Shown here: positions 25,988 through 36,615 of the stretch, in pieces
How positions within the stretch are numbered: the stretch's first letter is position 1
Layout: each line of letters opens with the position of its first letter
Assembly (NCBI GenBank): GCA_041694845.1
Contig: JBGFRY010000030.1
Coordinates: 1 to 40,511, forward strand
Direction of reading: 5' to 3'
Length of the DNA: 40,511 nt
From: Candidatus Micrarchaeota archaeon
GTDB taxonomy: Archaea > Micrarchaeota > Micrarchaeia > Anstonellales > Bilamarchaeaceae
Translations under genes and position numbers: made by a program
Notes under the pieces: model-generated
Database searches by the model: none
Seen by the model: only the letters and a program-made list of their open reading frames with translations
Told to the model about the DNA's origin: nothing

Positions 25988-27552
25988 GGCCCTTTGAACG
26001 AATAGCCTCTTTTATAATAATACTCTTTAACCCCTACACCGCTTATAACAACCATGTTTTTGCGATCAAATTCCTCTTTTGCAATGCGCTCTGCTTCTGA
26101 AAGAAGTGTGCTACCAATACCTTTGTGTTGAATAATCCCAGTTCCATCTATTTCTGCCTCTTGACCTAACACACGCAACTCGCGTAAGATTGCGCTTTTG
26201 TTTGTTATCTCTTTTCTATGACTTTCTTCTGGTATACGAACCCTTGCAAAACCTGCTATAGTTTTGAATAGATCTGCTTTTTGTTCGAATGATATAAAAA
26301 GTTCGACACCTCCACTTGCAGTGTATTTTAAACTATTAATCGAGTATTCTGAATTATCAAATTTTTTATATCCTCCTCCTTTTTTTATAGTTCTCATACC
26401 TATCTCTCTTAACCTTATCTCATTTATTTTAATTTTTTTTCTTTTGACTTCTTTTTCAACAAGCTCTCGTAGGTTGCTATTCTTGACTCCAGCATATATC
26501 AAACCAGCAGGAATGTCTCGTTGTATGCGCATCACTCGGACATATTGTGGGATATATCTATAGAATTCTGATATTACATCAACAGCTTCATTTGTAGAAT
26601 ATTGATTGTAATTCCCTTGTTTCATTATTTCATAAAGTATTGTTCCTTTCAAAACTAAAGTTGGGTAAATCTTTAACATATCTGGCCTGAATCTCTCGTC
26701 TTCAAAAAGCTGTTTTAACATCCTGATATCTTTTTGCTTGTTCGATCTAGGTAATCCAGGCATTATGTGATATAAAACCTTAAAACCAGAATTTTTTAGT
26801 AATCTAGTTGCTCGTATTACATCTTCGACATTGTGGCTTCTGTTTATAATTCTGTAGATTTCATCATTAGGATGCTGCACACCTAATTCAACTCTGGTTG
26901 CGCCATAATCAAGCATCTCGTCTATTTCATTTTCTCCACATACATCTGGTCTTGTTTCTATTGTAAGTCCAACCACTCTATGACGCCCTTTTTCATTATA
27001 CTTTTTTGCTTCTGACAGAGATTTGCTAGTTTTCCCATTCATTGCGTCGTATGCGCTTTTTACGAACCATCTTTTGTATCTTCTTTGCATTGCAAAGAAT
27101 GTACCACCCATAATTATCAATTCGCATTTATCTATCGGATGGCCAGTACTTGAGTATTGCTGTAGACGAGTTTTAACCTGAGCAATCGGATCGAATTTTA
27201 CACTTCTTGCTCTTAATGCTGCAGGTTCTTCACCACTATAACTTTTTGGACCTTTTTTGCTTGTTGGACAGTATGCGCAATCCCACCTACATGAGCCAAA
27301 CGGTTTTATCATAATAGCAATAGGGCTAACACCAGAAATAGTGCGAACAGGTTTTTTTAGTAGCGAATTCATAATTTCTCTTTTTAGCTTCAATTCTTTC
27401 GCTCTTCTCAAAACCTCGCTGTTCTTTATTACATAATCCAAAGAAAATCTATGCGCTGCTTCGAGTTTTATAGCTTTTATGTTACTTCTACCTTTGAGTA
27501 ATTGATTGATTATGAAATCTATTGCTCTATTTTTACTATTCATATGCATCAA
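25963..27552 (-). CDS. elp3: Elp3-type radical SAM/GNAT tRNA uridine(34) modification enzyme
   Basis: Radical-SAM cluster CRWDCAYCP, ELIIMGGTF, RVELGVQ, and C-terminal GNAT block QHKGIGSTLLSEAERIAKEE. 529 aa. Confidence 0.9.
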   Translation of the reverse strand: MMHMNSKNRAIDFIINQLLKGRSNIKAIKLEAAHRFSLDYVIKNSEVLRRAKELKLKREIMNSLLKKPVRTISGVSPIAIMIKPFGSCRWDCAYCPTSKKGPKSYSGEEPAALRARSVKFDPIAQVKTRLQQYSSTGHPIDKCELIIMGGTFFAMQRRYKRWFVKSAYDAMNGKTSKSLSEAKKYNEKGRHRVVGLTIETRPDVCGENEIDEMLDYGATRVELGVQHPNDEIYRIINRSHNVEDVIRATRLLKNSGFKVLYHIMPGLPRSNKQKDIRMLKQLFEDERFRPDMLKIYPTLVLKGTILYEIMKQGNYNQYSTNEAVDVISEFYRYIPQYVRVMRIQRDIPAGLIYAGVKNSNLRELVEKEVKRKKIKINEIRLREIGMRTIKKGGGYKKFDNSEYSINSLKYTASGGVELFISFEQKADLFKTIAGFARVRIPEESHRKEITNKSAILRELRVLGQEAEIDGTGIIQHKGIGSTLLSEAERIAKEEFDRKNMVVISGVGVKEYYYKRGYSFKGPYVAKDCL

Positions 27553-27573
27553 TCAGATATAAGAGATAAAAAA

Positions 27574-28410
27574 TCAGAATAAATTAGAAAGCAGTCCTGC
27601 AAGTGAATATATTAGACTCTCTAGCATTGGAAATATAAGAATTCCATTATTCGTTGCCTTATAATCGTCAAACACATTTTGATTAACAACACTTATACTT
27701 ATATTTTTCTCGTATTTTATTATATCTGGACTTGAAACAGATTTTACTTCTATCTCTCCAATATAATTCTCTTGCTCTTTTTCAATGATTTCCAAGGTAA
27801 CTGTTTTTGAACTGCCTGATGCAACATAGAGATTCTTGGCAAATTCCCATCGCTTTTGTCCTGTGCATGTTATTTCAAAGGTATCACTTGCTGTTCCTTT
27901 ATTTGTGACTGTTATATAAACTCTTGCTGGTTGCAATGGACCAACTGTGGTCTTTTCAGGTGTTACATCAACGCCAATCACATCCCAAATGATTTTTATT
28001 TTAACTTTAAACGTTATGTTATCTAGTTTCTCACTACCTTGCTCATCGATTACAGTTATGTTTGCAAAATATTCTCCTTCTGAAGCGTTTTTAGCAGCAG
28101 TAATTTTCACTTGAAGTGGATTTGCGTATAATTCGCTATCCTGTACTTTCCATCCTTCTGGTAATCCAGTTACTATTGCTCGGTCGTAACTTCCACCTGT
28201 ATTGTATATGCCACCAGTAGTGACTTCTCGTTTTATAAGTACCTCAAATGTTTGGCCAGGGCCTATAACTCCTACAAAAACAATATCTCCATCTTCAATA
28301 TTTTTTGATATCGGTCTAACCATCTCGATAGCGCTTACGATATCAATTACAAATAAGAACAGAAATATTACAAACAATAATGTCAATTTACTATTGACCA
28401 TAATACCCAC
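27574..28410 (-). CDS. Exported protein with CARDB/NEW3-like beta-sandwich repeats and C-terminal TM anchor
   Basis: Signal KLTLLFVIFLFLFVIDIVSA. ANITVIDEQG and ARVYITVTNKGTASDTFEITC are typical of CARDB/NEW3-type domains. Hydrophobic C-terminus ILIFPMLESLIYSLAGLLSNLF. Confidence 0.55.
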   Translation of the reverse strand: MGIMVNSKLTLLFVIFLFLFVIDIVSAIEMVRPISKNIEDGDIVFVGVIGPGQTFEVLIKREVTTGGIYNTGGSYDRAIVTGLPEGWKVQDSELYANPLQVKITAAKNASEGEYFANITVIDEQGSEKLDNITFKVKIKIIWDVIGVDVTPEKTTVGPLQPARVYITVTNKGTASDTFEITCTGQKRWEFAKNLYVASGSSKTVTLEIIEKEQENYIGEIEVKSVSSPDIIKYEKNISISVVNQNVFDDYKATNNGILIFPMLESLIYSLAGLLSNLF

Positions 28411-28592
28411 AGTTTGTTATCTTGCTATAAGATTAAAAATCTAGTAGTTCATGTTAAACAAAAAAATTACAAAAATGTCTCAACATTTTATTTGCAAACC
28501 AGTTATTACACGCGTAACGCTGCTATCGATTCATTCTGAAATAACATAATTTATCGCATAATTCTTTAAAATTGTATTACTGTTATCCTATT

Positions 28593-29225
28593 ATGGAAAT
28601 ACTCTCTTTTGATACACTTGCACTTGCATTTTTTCTTATTTGTCTACTTTTATCAATCTATTTTAGAGAACGTGCCCGTCGCATGGAAATTGTGACAGGA
28701 AAAAAGATTAGGAGCTACTATAGGCATAATTGGATTGAAAACGTGATTAAGAAAGATAATATTCATTTCCTCCTTGAAACAATTAGAAATAACATTCTTG
28801 TTTCTAGTGGAATGATAACAGCACTTGTAATTGCATTTGGATTTGTAGTAGGTTCAGATGTAGGCACATCTATGAATGGAAACTTTGTAGCAGATGCAAG
28901 GATATTGTTATCTATAGCACTTCTTGTATACTCATTTTTTATGATCATTCTTGAAGTGCGTACTTTAATATATATCCCAATTGTGTTCGGAACATCAGAA
29001 AAACTTATTATTAAGTACGAGGGTATGAAAAAAGTAGACTATTTAGCAAAATTGATACACGAAGCATTCGACCATTTTTTTAATGCAATTCGCGCTTTGT
29101 TCTTTATCGTTGCACTTCTCATTTGGTTCTATAATTTATATGCATTTGTGTTGTTCACTGTCCTAATAAGCTATGTCATGGTAAGAGAAGATTTTGGCAC
29201 CAATAGTAAGATTACTATATTCTAA
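28593..29225 (+). CDS. Integral membrane protein, unknown function
   Basis: Four or five hydrophobic segments. Start placed at ATG 28593 (MEILSF); the listed ORF starts at TTG 28572. Confidence 0.55.
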   Translation: MEILSFDTLALAFFLICLLLSIYFRERARRMEIVTGKKIRSYYRHNWIENVIKKDNIHFLLETIRNNILVSSGMITALVIAFGFVVGSDVGTSMNGNFVADARILLSIALLVYSFFMIILEVRTLIYIPIVFGTSEKLIIKYEGMKKVDYLAKLIHEAFDHFFNAIRALFFIVALLIWFYNLYAFVLFTVLISYVMVREDFGTNSKITIF

Positions 29226-29279
29226 AAATACTTAGATGATCTGCATAACTTTTTAGTAACTGAGATAAGTTTCTAGTAG

Positions 29280-30263
29280 CTAACCACCAGCTGCCCTTTT
29301 CAATCTGTCAACTACAGCTAGACCAATTCCTTCTTTTTTTATTTTATCTAATGGTTCGCAGAGTATAATATCAATGCCTTTCTTATCCCAATTGCGCAAA
29401 TAAGCAAATAAGTTTTTCGCAATTTCTTTTGGATGTTTATTGAATCGTAGAATGGCAATTTTCTTCCCCTTCTTAACTAGTTCTTTTGCAGCCAGTTGCA
29501 TTTTTTCGCTTTTATAGAAAACAATTTTCGCTTTAGGTGCATAATGCTTGTATTTCATACCTGGAGATTTTAGTACGTTTGAATCCAGCACTTTATGAAC
29601 CGCAATTTCACAAATTACTTTTTCTATTTGTTCTTTACTTATCGCACCTGGTCGAAGTAAAGTTGGCGGACTGGTTGTAAGATCCAAAACTGTTGACTCA
29701 ACACCAATGTGTGTTTTTCCACTATCTATTATATAATCTATTTTTCCGTTTAAATCATCGAGTACGTGTTTTGCATTAGTTGGGCTTGGTCTTCCTGACA
29801 AGTTCGCACTAGGTGCTGCAATTGGCACTCCAGCTTTTTTTATTAATGCTAGTGCTATTCTATTCGCAGGCATACGAACTGCAACAGTATTCAATCCAGC
29901 AGTAACATCTTTTGGCACGTTTTTCTTTTTCTTCAAAACAAGTGTAAGCGGACCAGGCCAGAATTTTTTTATCAATTTTTTTGCAGTTATCGGAATATCT
30001 ATAACAATTTTTTTCAGCTGCTTTTGATCAGCAACGTGTACAATTATGGGATTATCACACTGCCTTCCCTTAACGATAAATATACTTCTAACAGCGGTTG
30101 CATCAAGCGCATTGGCACCAAGACCATAAACAGTTTCTGTTGGAAATGCGACAAGGCCTCCTTTTTGTATTACTGCTGCAGCTACAGCTATGTGTTTTAG
30201 GTTTTCAGTTTTGTATCTTAAGATCGTTATAATCCTAGTTTTCTTCAGTATCCCCACCATCAA
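29280..30263 (-). CDS. sua5: L-threonylcarbamoyladenylate synthase, Sua5 type (YrdC plus SUA5 domains)
   Basis: FPTETVYGLGANA, KGRQCDNPIIVHV, PGPLTLVL, VAVRMP, APSANLSGRPSPT. The C-terminal SUA5 domain is present. Confidence 0.9.
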   Translation of the reverse strand: MMVGILKKTRIITILRYKTENLKHIAVAAAVIQKGGLVAFPTETVYGLGANALDATAVRSIFIVKGRQCDNPIIVHVADQKQLKKIVIDIPITAKKLIKKFWPGPLTLVLKKKKNVPKDVTAGLNTVAVRMPANRIALALIKKAGVPIAAPSANLSGRPSPTNAKHVLDDLNGKIDYIIDSGKTHIGVESTVLDLTTSPPTLLRPGAISKEQIEKVICEIAVHKVLDSNVLKSPGMKYKHYAPKAKIVFYKSEKMQLAAKELVKKGKKIAILRFNKHPKEIAKNLFAYLRNWDKKGIDIILCEPLDKIKKEGIGLAVVDRLKRAAGG

Positions 30264-30313
30264 AAAATATAGCTAACCAATACGCTTTTAATTATATAAG
30301 TAATAATCTTTTT

Positions 30314-31084
30314 ATGACATCTAGTAAACAGAAAATAAATCCGCTACATATTGGTTTGGCACTAGTTGGTGTATTTGCGATATTGCTTGCTTTATTATAC
30401 TTTAGCGGAGGAAAAAGTGGACCTGATATTGAAAATTTAGATTCGTTAAATATTACTACTGGGTCCCTTCCTGCTTTAGGTTCTGCAAATGCACCTGTCA
30501 CTATAATTGAATTTAGCGATTATCAATGTTCATATTGTGCAAAGTTATATTCTACTGTTAAAAAGAAAATTAAGGCAGATTATATAAATACTGGAAAAGT
30601 TAAACTTTACTTTAGAGACTTACCACTACCAATGCATGATAAAGCAAAGGATATGGCACTTGCTACAAGATGTGCAAATGAGCAGGGAAAGTTTTGGGAG
30701 ATGCATAATAAAATATTCGAAAATCAGAACAAATGGGCTTATTCCTCTCTTTCAGATGCTATGAAAATAGTAGATTCTTATGCTGCTGAATTTGCATTAG
30801 ATAGTACAAAATTCAAAAGTTGTATGGAATCAAAAAAATATGAAAATGAAATAAACGAGGATGTTAATTATTTCATCAAGAATTATAAAAAAGCTTCAAC
30901 ACCAGTGATGTTTATCCTATTACCTAAAAACAAAACTTCAGATCTAAGTGCAGTGAACACTTACAAAAATGCGTATCCAGATAATGTATTAATTGGCCAG
31001 AATAGTGATAGTTATGTTGTTGTTATTATTGGTGCATTCCCTTATGAAACATATAAAGCAATATTAAATACAGTTAAATACTAG
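30314..31084 (+). CDS. Membrane-anchored DsbA-family thiol:disulfide oxidoreductase
   Basis: N-terminal TM anchor LHIGLALVGVFAILLALLYF. APVTIIEFSDYQCSYCAKL contains the CxxC active site. The following helical insert with C...C is typical of DsbA/BdbD-like proteins. Confidence 0.8.
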   Translation: MTSSKQKINPLHIGLALVGVFAILLALLYFSGGKSGPDIENLDSLNITTGSLPALGSANAPVTIIEFSDYQCSYCAKLYSTVKKKIKADYINTGKVKLYFRDLPLPMHDKAKDMALATRCANEQGKFWEMHNKIFENQNKWAYSSLSDAMKIVDSYAAEFALDSTKFKSCMESKKYENEINEDVNYFIKNYKKASTPVMFILLPKNKTSDLSAVNTYKNAYPDNVLIGQNSDSYVVVIIGAFPYETYKAILNTVKY

Positions 31085-31341
31085 TTTTTACTTGATATTC
31101 TTGTTTTTTTAGAAAGATACCAAATACAATATCCTGCGACTCCTATTGATACTACTAGCATAATTGTGCTTGGTAATAAACTAGATAAATCTACTTTTTC
31201 TTTGCCTTCAGCAGAAGTATATTGTAAAGATGGCATTTCTAAATTCTCCCATAAAAATAATGCTGTGCTTAATGCAATCATGATGCTTATCGCAAGAACA
31301 ACAATTACGTTAAAATGACTTGTTATTTCGTTATTTGACAT
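31081..31341 (-). CDS. Small two-TM membrane protein downstream of atpD
   Basis: 86 aa with two clear hydrophobic helices. The start overlaps the atpD 3' end by 19 nt. Its stop shares a palindromic CTAG with the stop of the convergent dsbA-like gene. Confidence 0.5.
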   Translation of the reverse strand: MSNNEITSHFNVIVVLAISIMIALSTALFLWENLEMPSLQYTSAEGKEKVDLSSLLPSTIMLVVSIGVAGYCIWYLSKKTRISSKN

Positions 31342-31982
31342 ATATTTTCTTTCTTCTCCTTTTCAAGTTTTCTCTTAATTACCTTAAGGCTTACAAAACT
31401 ATCTCTTTCCATTTCATCCAAACGAAGGGTTATCATTCTTTTTTGTTCTTCTAATTTTGGGATTACAATATATTCCAAAGCACTTACACGTCGCTTTGTT
31501 TTTTCAATTTCACCTATAAGCCTTTTTATCGCTGTTTCTGTTTCAGCCAGTGCAATTGTTATGCGCAATATCTCGTTAAATCGCTCAATCGCATCATCAA
31601 GTTTTGCAGAAGTTCCTATCACTGGATATGTAGGATTTTCATACAATGGTCTCTGCTCAACAGAAATTTGCATAGATGGTATGCGTACGCCCATGACATT
31701 TTTTATTTCAATATCCATTTCAATTTTCTTGCGAAGGTTTAATGAAATGTTTTCAATCTCAGAACCGCTGTGATACAACTCTACTAAAGAAACACTATGA
31801 TATGCCCCTGCAATTTTTTTTGCTAGCTCTCCCCTTATATTCTGTGCTTTTTTCAGAATTTTGAAGAACTCTAATATAAGTGCATCACGCTTTTTTTTCA
31901 AAAGGTCATATCCTTTTTTAGCTAGCACTATACGTTCTTTTATCTTGATAAGTTCCATCCTTGTTGGCGTTACTTCTACCAT
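31323..31982 (-). CDS. atpD: A-type ATP synthase subunit D
   Basis: VTPTRMELIKIKERIVLAKKGYDLLKKKRDALILEF is the canonical AtpD N-terminus. Confidence 0.92.
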   Translation of the reverse strand: MVEVTPTRMELIKIKERIVLAKKGYDLLKKKRDALILEFFKILKKAQNIRGELAKKIAGAYHSVSLVELYHSGSEIENISLNLRKKIEMDIEIKNVMGVRIPSMQISVEQRPLYENPTYPVIGTSAKLDDAIERFNEILRITIALAETETAIKRLIGEIEKTKRRVSALEYIVIPKLEEQKRMITLRLDEMERDSFVSLKVIKRKLEKEKKENICQITK

Positions 31983-32009
31983 AATATCAGTTCTTTACTA
32001 ATAGCTAAT

Positions 32010-33398
32010 TTATCTATTATCTTTTTTTAAGTATTTCTCAATATGCTCCTTTTTAATTCTCTTAAGTTCTGCTTCAGGTAACGCAGATAAAAGATCCCAT
32101 GCAATTCCAATTGTTTCTTCGATCGAACGATCTTCATAAGGACCTTGCTGGACGAATTTCTGCTCAAATGCATCTGCAAATTTTAGATATCTACGATCAA
32201 TTTCAGTAAGCGCTTCTTCACCAACAACTGCACTCAAGCTTCTAAGATCACGACCATTTGCATATGCTGCATAGAGTTGATCAGCGATGCCTTTGTGGTC
32301 TTCTCTTGTTTTCCCGACACCAATACCTAAATTCATAAGTCGCGATAGTGATGGTAAGACATCTACTGGTGGATAGATCCCATTTCGATGAATGTCCCTG
32401 CTCAAAATAATCTGACCTTCTGTAATGTAACCTGTTAAATCAGGGATTGGATGGGTCTTATCATCTCCAGGCATTGTTAGTATCGGAAATTGTGTAACGC
32501 TTCCTTTTCGCCCTTTTATACGACCAGCACGCTCATATATCGTGGAAAGATCAGTATACATATAACCAGGATAACCTCTTCTTCCAGGAACTTCATGTCG
32601 TGCTGCAGAAACCTCGCGCAACGCCTCTGCATAGTTCGTCACGTCAGTGATCAAAACAAGTACATGCATGTCATGCTCATATGCTAAATACTCTGCAGTT
32701 GTCAATGCAAGTCTTGGCGTAATAAGCCGCTCAACAGAAGGATCGTCTGCCAAGTTCAAAAATAGTACTGCATTCTCAATCGCGCCAGTTTTCTCGAAAT
32801 CTCTAATAAAGAAACTCGCTTCTTCATGCGTAATTCCAACTGCCGCGAATACAACAGCGAATCGTTCTTCCTTTCCAAGAACCTTTGCCTGTCGTGCTAT
32901 CTGCACTGCTAACTGGTTGTGTGGAAGTCCTGCGCCAGAGAAAATCGGAAGTTTTTGTCCTCTTACTAATGTGTTCATCGCATCAATCGTAGAGATGCCT
33001 GTTTGAATGAACTCGGAAGGTGCATCACGCGAGTAAGGGTTTATAGGAAGACCGCTTATATCAACTCTTTCTTCAGGAATTATTTTTGGTCCTTTATCAC
33101 GTGGCTCACCAAGGCCGTTAAATGTGCGGCCAAGCATCTCAGTACTCAAACCAAGCCGCATTGTTTCTCCCATGAATTTTACAGAAGTTTGGCTTCTGCT
33201 TATTCCACCTGTAGCACCAAAAACCTGTACAACTGCAATGCGTTCGCTAACATCAAGAACCTGGCCTTTTCTTTTCTCTCCGCTATGAAGTACAATTTCA
33301 ACAATCTCTCCATAACTAACCCCGCTGACATCCTCAACAAAAACAAGCGGGCCTGTGATTTCCGTAATTGTTCTATATTCTTTCACAAACATCACCAA
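32010..33398 (-). CDS. atpB: A-type ATP synthase subunit B
   Basis: [45 protein letters not shown]. 462 aa. Confidence 0.97.
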   Translation of the reverse strand: MVMFVKEYRTITEITGPLVFVEDVSGVSYGEIVEIVLHSGEKRKGQVLDVSERIAVVQVFGATGGISRSQTSVKFMGETMRLGLSTEMLGRTFNGLGEPRDKGPKIIPEERVDISGLPINPYSRDAPSEFIQTGISTIDAMNTLVRGQKLPIFSGAGLPHNQLAVQIARQAKVLGKEERFAVVFAAVGITHEEASFFIRDFEKTGAIENAVLFLNLADDPSVERLITPRLALTTAEYLAYEHDMHVLVLITDVTNYAEALREVSAARHEVPGRRGYPGYMYTDLSTIYERAGRIKGRKGSVTQFPILTMPGDDKTHPIPDLTGYITEGQIILSRDIHRNGIYPPVDVLPSLSRLMNLGIGVGKTREDHKGIADQLYAAYANGRDLRSLSAVVGEEALTEIDRRYLKFADAFEQKFVQQGPYEDRSIEETIGIAWDLLSALPEAELKRIKKEHIEKYLKKDNR

Positions 33399-33406
33399 TT
33401 TTCTTT

Positions 33407-35155
33407 TTATCTCTTCAACAAATCATCAAATTCATTATCAATTTCTTTTTGGAGTTTATCAAACTCTTCTAGTTTATTCTCTGAAATTTCCTTCATTCTA
33501 CCGATTTTATTTCTTGTAGAGAGATCTATAATTCTCTTTAGCTGAACACCAACTTCAAAAGATCCCATTGTGCGCTCATGAAATCGTATGATTGTTTTAA
33601 GCATCAAGTATTGTTTCTTTAGATTGCATCGTGCATCAACATCACTATATGCATTCTGCTGAAGATAATCTTCGCGTAACATTTTAGTTGTCATTAGAAC
33701 TGCTTGTTCTTTTTCAGGTAATGCATCAGGACCTACAAGTTGTACAATTTCTTGAAGCTCTGCCTCTTTCTGCAGTAGTGCCATGGCAGTCTTTCGCAAT
33801 TTTGGCCATTCTGAAGATGCCTGTTTCATGTAATATTCTTCCAATTCATCAAGATAGAGTGAGTAGCTCTTTAACCAATTAATTGCTGGGAAGTGCCTTC
33901 TATACGCAAGTGATGCATCAAGTGCAAGAAAAACTTTAGTAACACGTAGTGTGTTTTGCGAGACAGGCTCTGAAAGATCACCGCCTGGAGGTGAAACAGC
34001 ACCAATTACACTAACACTACCATAACGTTCATCGCTTCCAACACATCGCACTCTTCCTGCTCTTTCATAAAATTCTGCGAGTCTTCTTCCTAAATAAGCA
34101 GGATAGCCTTCTTCGCCAGGCATCTCTTCAAGACGGCCACCAATTTCACGCATTGCCTCTGCCCATCGTGATGTTGAATCAGCCATCAATGCAACATCGT
34201 ATCCCATGTCCCTAAAATATTCTGCAATTGTAATTCCTGTGTAAATACTTGCTTCGCGCGCAGCAACAGGCATATTTGATGTGTTTGCGATGAGTACAGT
34301 TCGTTCCATAAGTGGTCTTCCTGTTTTCGGATCAGTCAATTTCGGGAATTCCTTAAGCACTTCTGTCATTTCATTTCCGCGTTCGCCGCATCCAATGTAA
34401 ACAATAATCTGTGCATCAGAGAATTTTGCAAGTGCCTGCTGACAAACGGTCTTTCCAGATCCAAATGGTCCTGGAATGGATGCAGTACCACCTTTCGCAA
34501 TTGGAAAAAACGTATCAATAATACGCGTACCAGTAACAAGAGGAATTACAGGTGGGAATTTTTCAATAACTGATCGTGATTTTCTTACATACCAGCGTTG
34601 ATACATATATAGTTTTTTTTCTTTTCCTTCTACAGAAATCGAACCGATACTCTCTTCAATTTTAAATTTTCCAGATTCTATCGATCCAATCTTACCATCA
34701 TATTGAGAAAGAATTTTGTGCTCAATTAGCTCAGTTTCTTTTACAGTTCCTAGAACATCCCCAACTTTTACCTTTGCACCTTTTTTTACAGTTGCTTTGA
34801 AATCCCATTTCTTTTCTCTGTCAAGTGCATATGCCAGTACACCACGTTTGATGAATGCACCACCTGATTCACTTTCAACAACAGTTAAAGCACGTTGCAC
34901 TCCATCGTATATACTTGTCAAAAGCCCTGGCCCTAACTCAACAGAAAGTGGTTCGCCTGTTGTTTCAACCGCTTCTCCTGGTTTTAAACCGGCAGTGTCC
35001 TCATAAACCTGAATCACTGAGGTATCCCCGACTATCTTGATTATCTCTCCGACTACTTTTTCTTCGCCGACTCTTACAACATCATATAAACGCGCACCTT
35101 CTACAAAGGCCTCAACAACAGGACCTGATATTCTTTTTATAAATCCTTTAGTCAC
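33407..35155 (-). CDS. atpA: A-type ATP synthase catalytic subunit A
   Basis: Walker [44 protein letters not shown]. 582 aa, no intein. Confidence 0.97.
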   Translation of the reverse strand: MTKGFIKRISGPVVEAFVEGARLYDVVRVGEEKVVGEIIKIVGDTSVIQVYEDTAGLKPGEAVETTGEPLSVELGPGLLTSIYDGVQRALTVVESESGGAFIKRGVLAYALDREKKWDFKATVKKGAKVKVGDVLGTVKETELIEHKILSQYDGKIGSIESGKFKIEESIGSISVEGKEKKLYMYQRWYVRKSRSVIEKFPPVIPLVTGTRIIDTFFPIAKGGTASIPGPFGSGKTVCQQALAKFSDAQIIVYIGCGERGNEMTEVLKEFPKLTDPKTGRPLMERTVLIANTSNMPVAAREASIYTGITIAEYFRDMGYDVALMADSTSRWAEAMREIGGRLEEMPGEEGYPAYLGRRLAEFYERAGRVRCVGSDERYGSVSVIGAVSPPGGDLSEPVSQNTLRVTKVFLALDASLAYRRHFPAINWLKSYSLYLDELEEYYMKQASSEWPKLRKTAMALLQKEAELQEIVQLVGPDALPEKEQAVLMTTKMLREDYLQQNAYSDVDARCNLKKQYLMLKTIIRFHERTMGSFEVGVQLKRIIDLSTRNKIGRMKEISENKLEEFDKLQKEIDNEFDDLLKR

Positions 35156-35173
35156 ACAATCACCTTTACTTTT

Positions 35174-35497
35174 TTATTTTGATGAAAGATCAACACCTAG
35201 CGCTCGCTTTATAAGCAGTATAATATCCTCACTCTCAATTTTAGTTCCACTAATATCAGGTATTGAGATAATTATTGGATAAGGGTTTGCATCAATCTGT
35301 CTTCTCAATCTCCAATCGATTTTGCTTAGCATTATTTCATTAACAACAATTATACCGAACTCCTTGTTTTCAAGTGCTGTTTCAAGATTTTTTTGAAAAT
35401 GCTCATTTGATGTTTGTATTGTGTTTTCTACACCAGCAAGTCTAAAACCAGTGACAAGTGATTCATCACCAAGCACCAATAATTTTGCATTAACCAT
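35174..35497 (-). CDS. atpF: A-type ATP synthase subunit F
   Basis: LVLGDESLVTGFRLAGV is the typical AtpF opening. 107 aa, in the expected operon position. Confidence 0.85.
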   Translation of the reverse strand: MVNAKLLVLGDESLVTGFRLAGVENTIQTSNEHFQKNLETALENKEFGIIVVNEIMLSKIDWRLRRQIDANPYPIIISIPDISGTKIESEDIILLIKRALGVDLSSK

Positions 35498-35506
35498 TCA
35501 AGCACC

Positions 35507-36610
35507 TTAAACAATAACCAATATTTCCTTGATATCTTGCTCAGAAACTCCAAATTCTTTTGCCTTTGCTATCTTGCGTAAATTGTTTACTTCCTCTTCT
35601 TTAAGAAGTAAAAAACCAAGCAACACACCAATCGAAAGAATGCTTTGGTGAAATGTTTTAACCTTCTCATAAGCGATTACTTTTTCAAGGATAATCTCTA
35701 GATCAGTAAGAGATGAGCATTCCTTTTCACTACTCTTTCTAGCAATCAACTTTGGGAATCTTGTTTGCAACAAACCATATGTTTTTTTCAAATCATCGGC
35801 TTCTATAAGTTTCTCAATAAATAAATCAAAGAGCGTTCCACCTTTTATAAGAAAATTTCTTATCTTTTTTTTGTCAACTCCATGGGCCTTTAGTCTTTCT
35901 ATCAATAATATATTCTTTGCATCTATCTCAAGTCGCAGTAATTTTCTTACTAATTCAACATCCTTGTCGCTTGATTTTAATCCCTTATCCATAAACAAAT
36001 AGATATAGGCATCAAGTATTGTCTGCAATTGAAAGAATTTATCCATACTCTTAAGTGATGAGCGAAATGCATCAAACATTGAACGGTTGAAATGTTCTGT
36101 GCTTGATGAAAGCATTTCCTCTCCAAGACTTGTCTTTTTTATTTCTTCAAATAATTCCATTTCATCAGCTTTTGCTATTCGTTCATAATCACTTTCATTG
36201 ATTGTACCTGTGTTTATTAGATATGGTCTTATCTCTTCAAATGTTTTTCCAATGCGTTTTGCATTTATTATCATTTTGAGATTAAGGAGGTCCCATTTCA
36301 TAAGAAGTGCATTTATTATTTCAATATCATCGCTTGGTGCAAATTTTTTTATTTTTCTTGCAATCTTCCCAAAATGGCGGATAGCTGCAAGCTCAACTAC
36401 TGCTGAGTCTCTGTATTTTAGAGAGTAATAATTTATATCTTCTTTGTAATGAGTGCGCTGTAAAAGTTCAGCCATTGCAGAGATTGCTCTAACACTTATC
36501 AATTCATCTAAGAATTGTTGCGTAAGAAGCAACCCCTTCATTCCACGGACTCTTACATTTGAGTAACCGTATTTAAGTTCTCTTGTTTTTAACATAGAAA
36601 TATCAGTCAT
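35507..36610 (-). CDS. atpC: A-type ATP synthase subunit C
   Basis: YGYSNVRVRGMKGLLL opening, 367-aa all-helical protein, operon position between E and F. Confidence 0.85.
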   Translation of the reverse strand: MTDISMLKTRELKYGYSNVRVRGMKGLLLTQQFLDELISVRAISAMAELLQRTHYKEDINYYSLKYRDSAVVELAAIRHFGKIARKIKKFAPSDDIEIINALLMKWDLLNLKMIINAKRIGKTFEEIRPYLINTGTINESDYERIAKADEMELFEEIKKTSLGEEMLSSSTEHFNRSMFDAFRSSLKSMDKFFQLQTILDAYIYLFMDKGLKSSDKDVELVRKLLRLEIDAKNILLIERLKAHGVDKKKIRNFLIKGGTLFDLFIEKLIEADDLKKTYGLLQTRFPKLIARKSSEKECSSLTDLEIILEKVIAYEKVKTFHQSILSIGVLLGFLLLKEEEVNNLRKIAKAKEFGVSEQDIKEILVIV

Positions 36611-36615
36611 GTTTT

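Noticed and set aside
32490-35282. Plus-strand ORFs of 61-180 aa antisense to atpB and atpA
   Set aside because: They lie opposite CDSs with unmistakable ATP synthase homology, and their translations are low-complexity (Ser/Phe/Asn-rich). These are typical shadow ORFs in AT-rich DNA.
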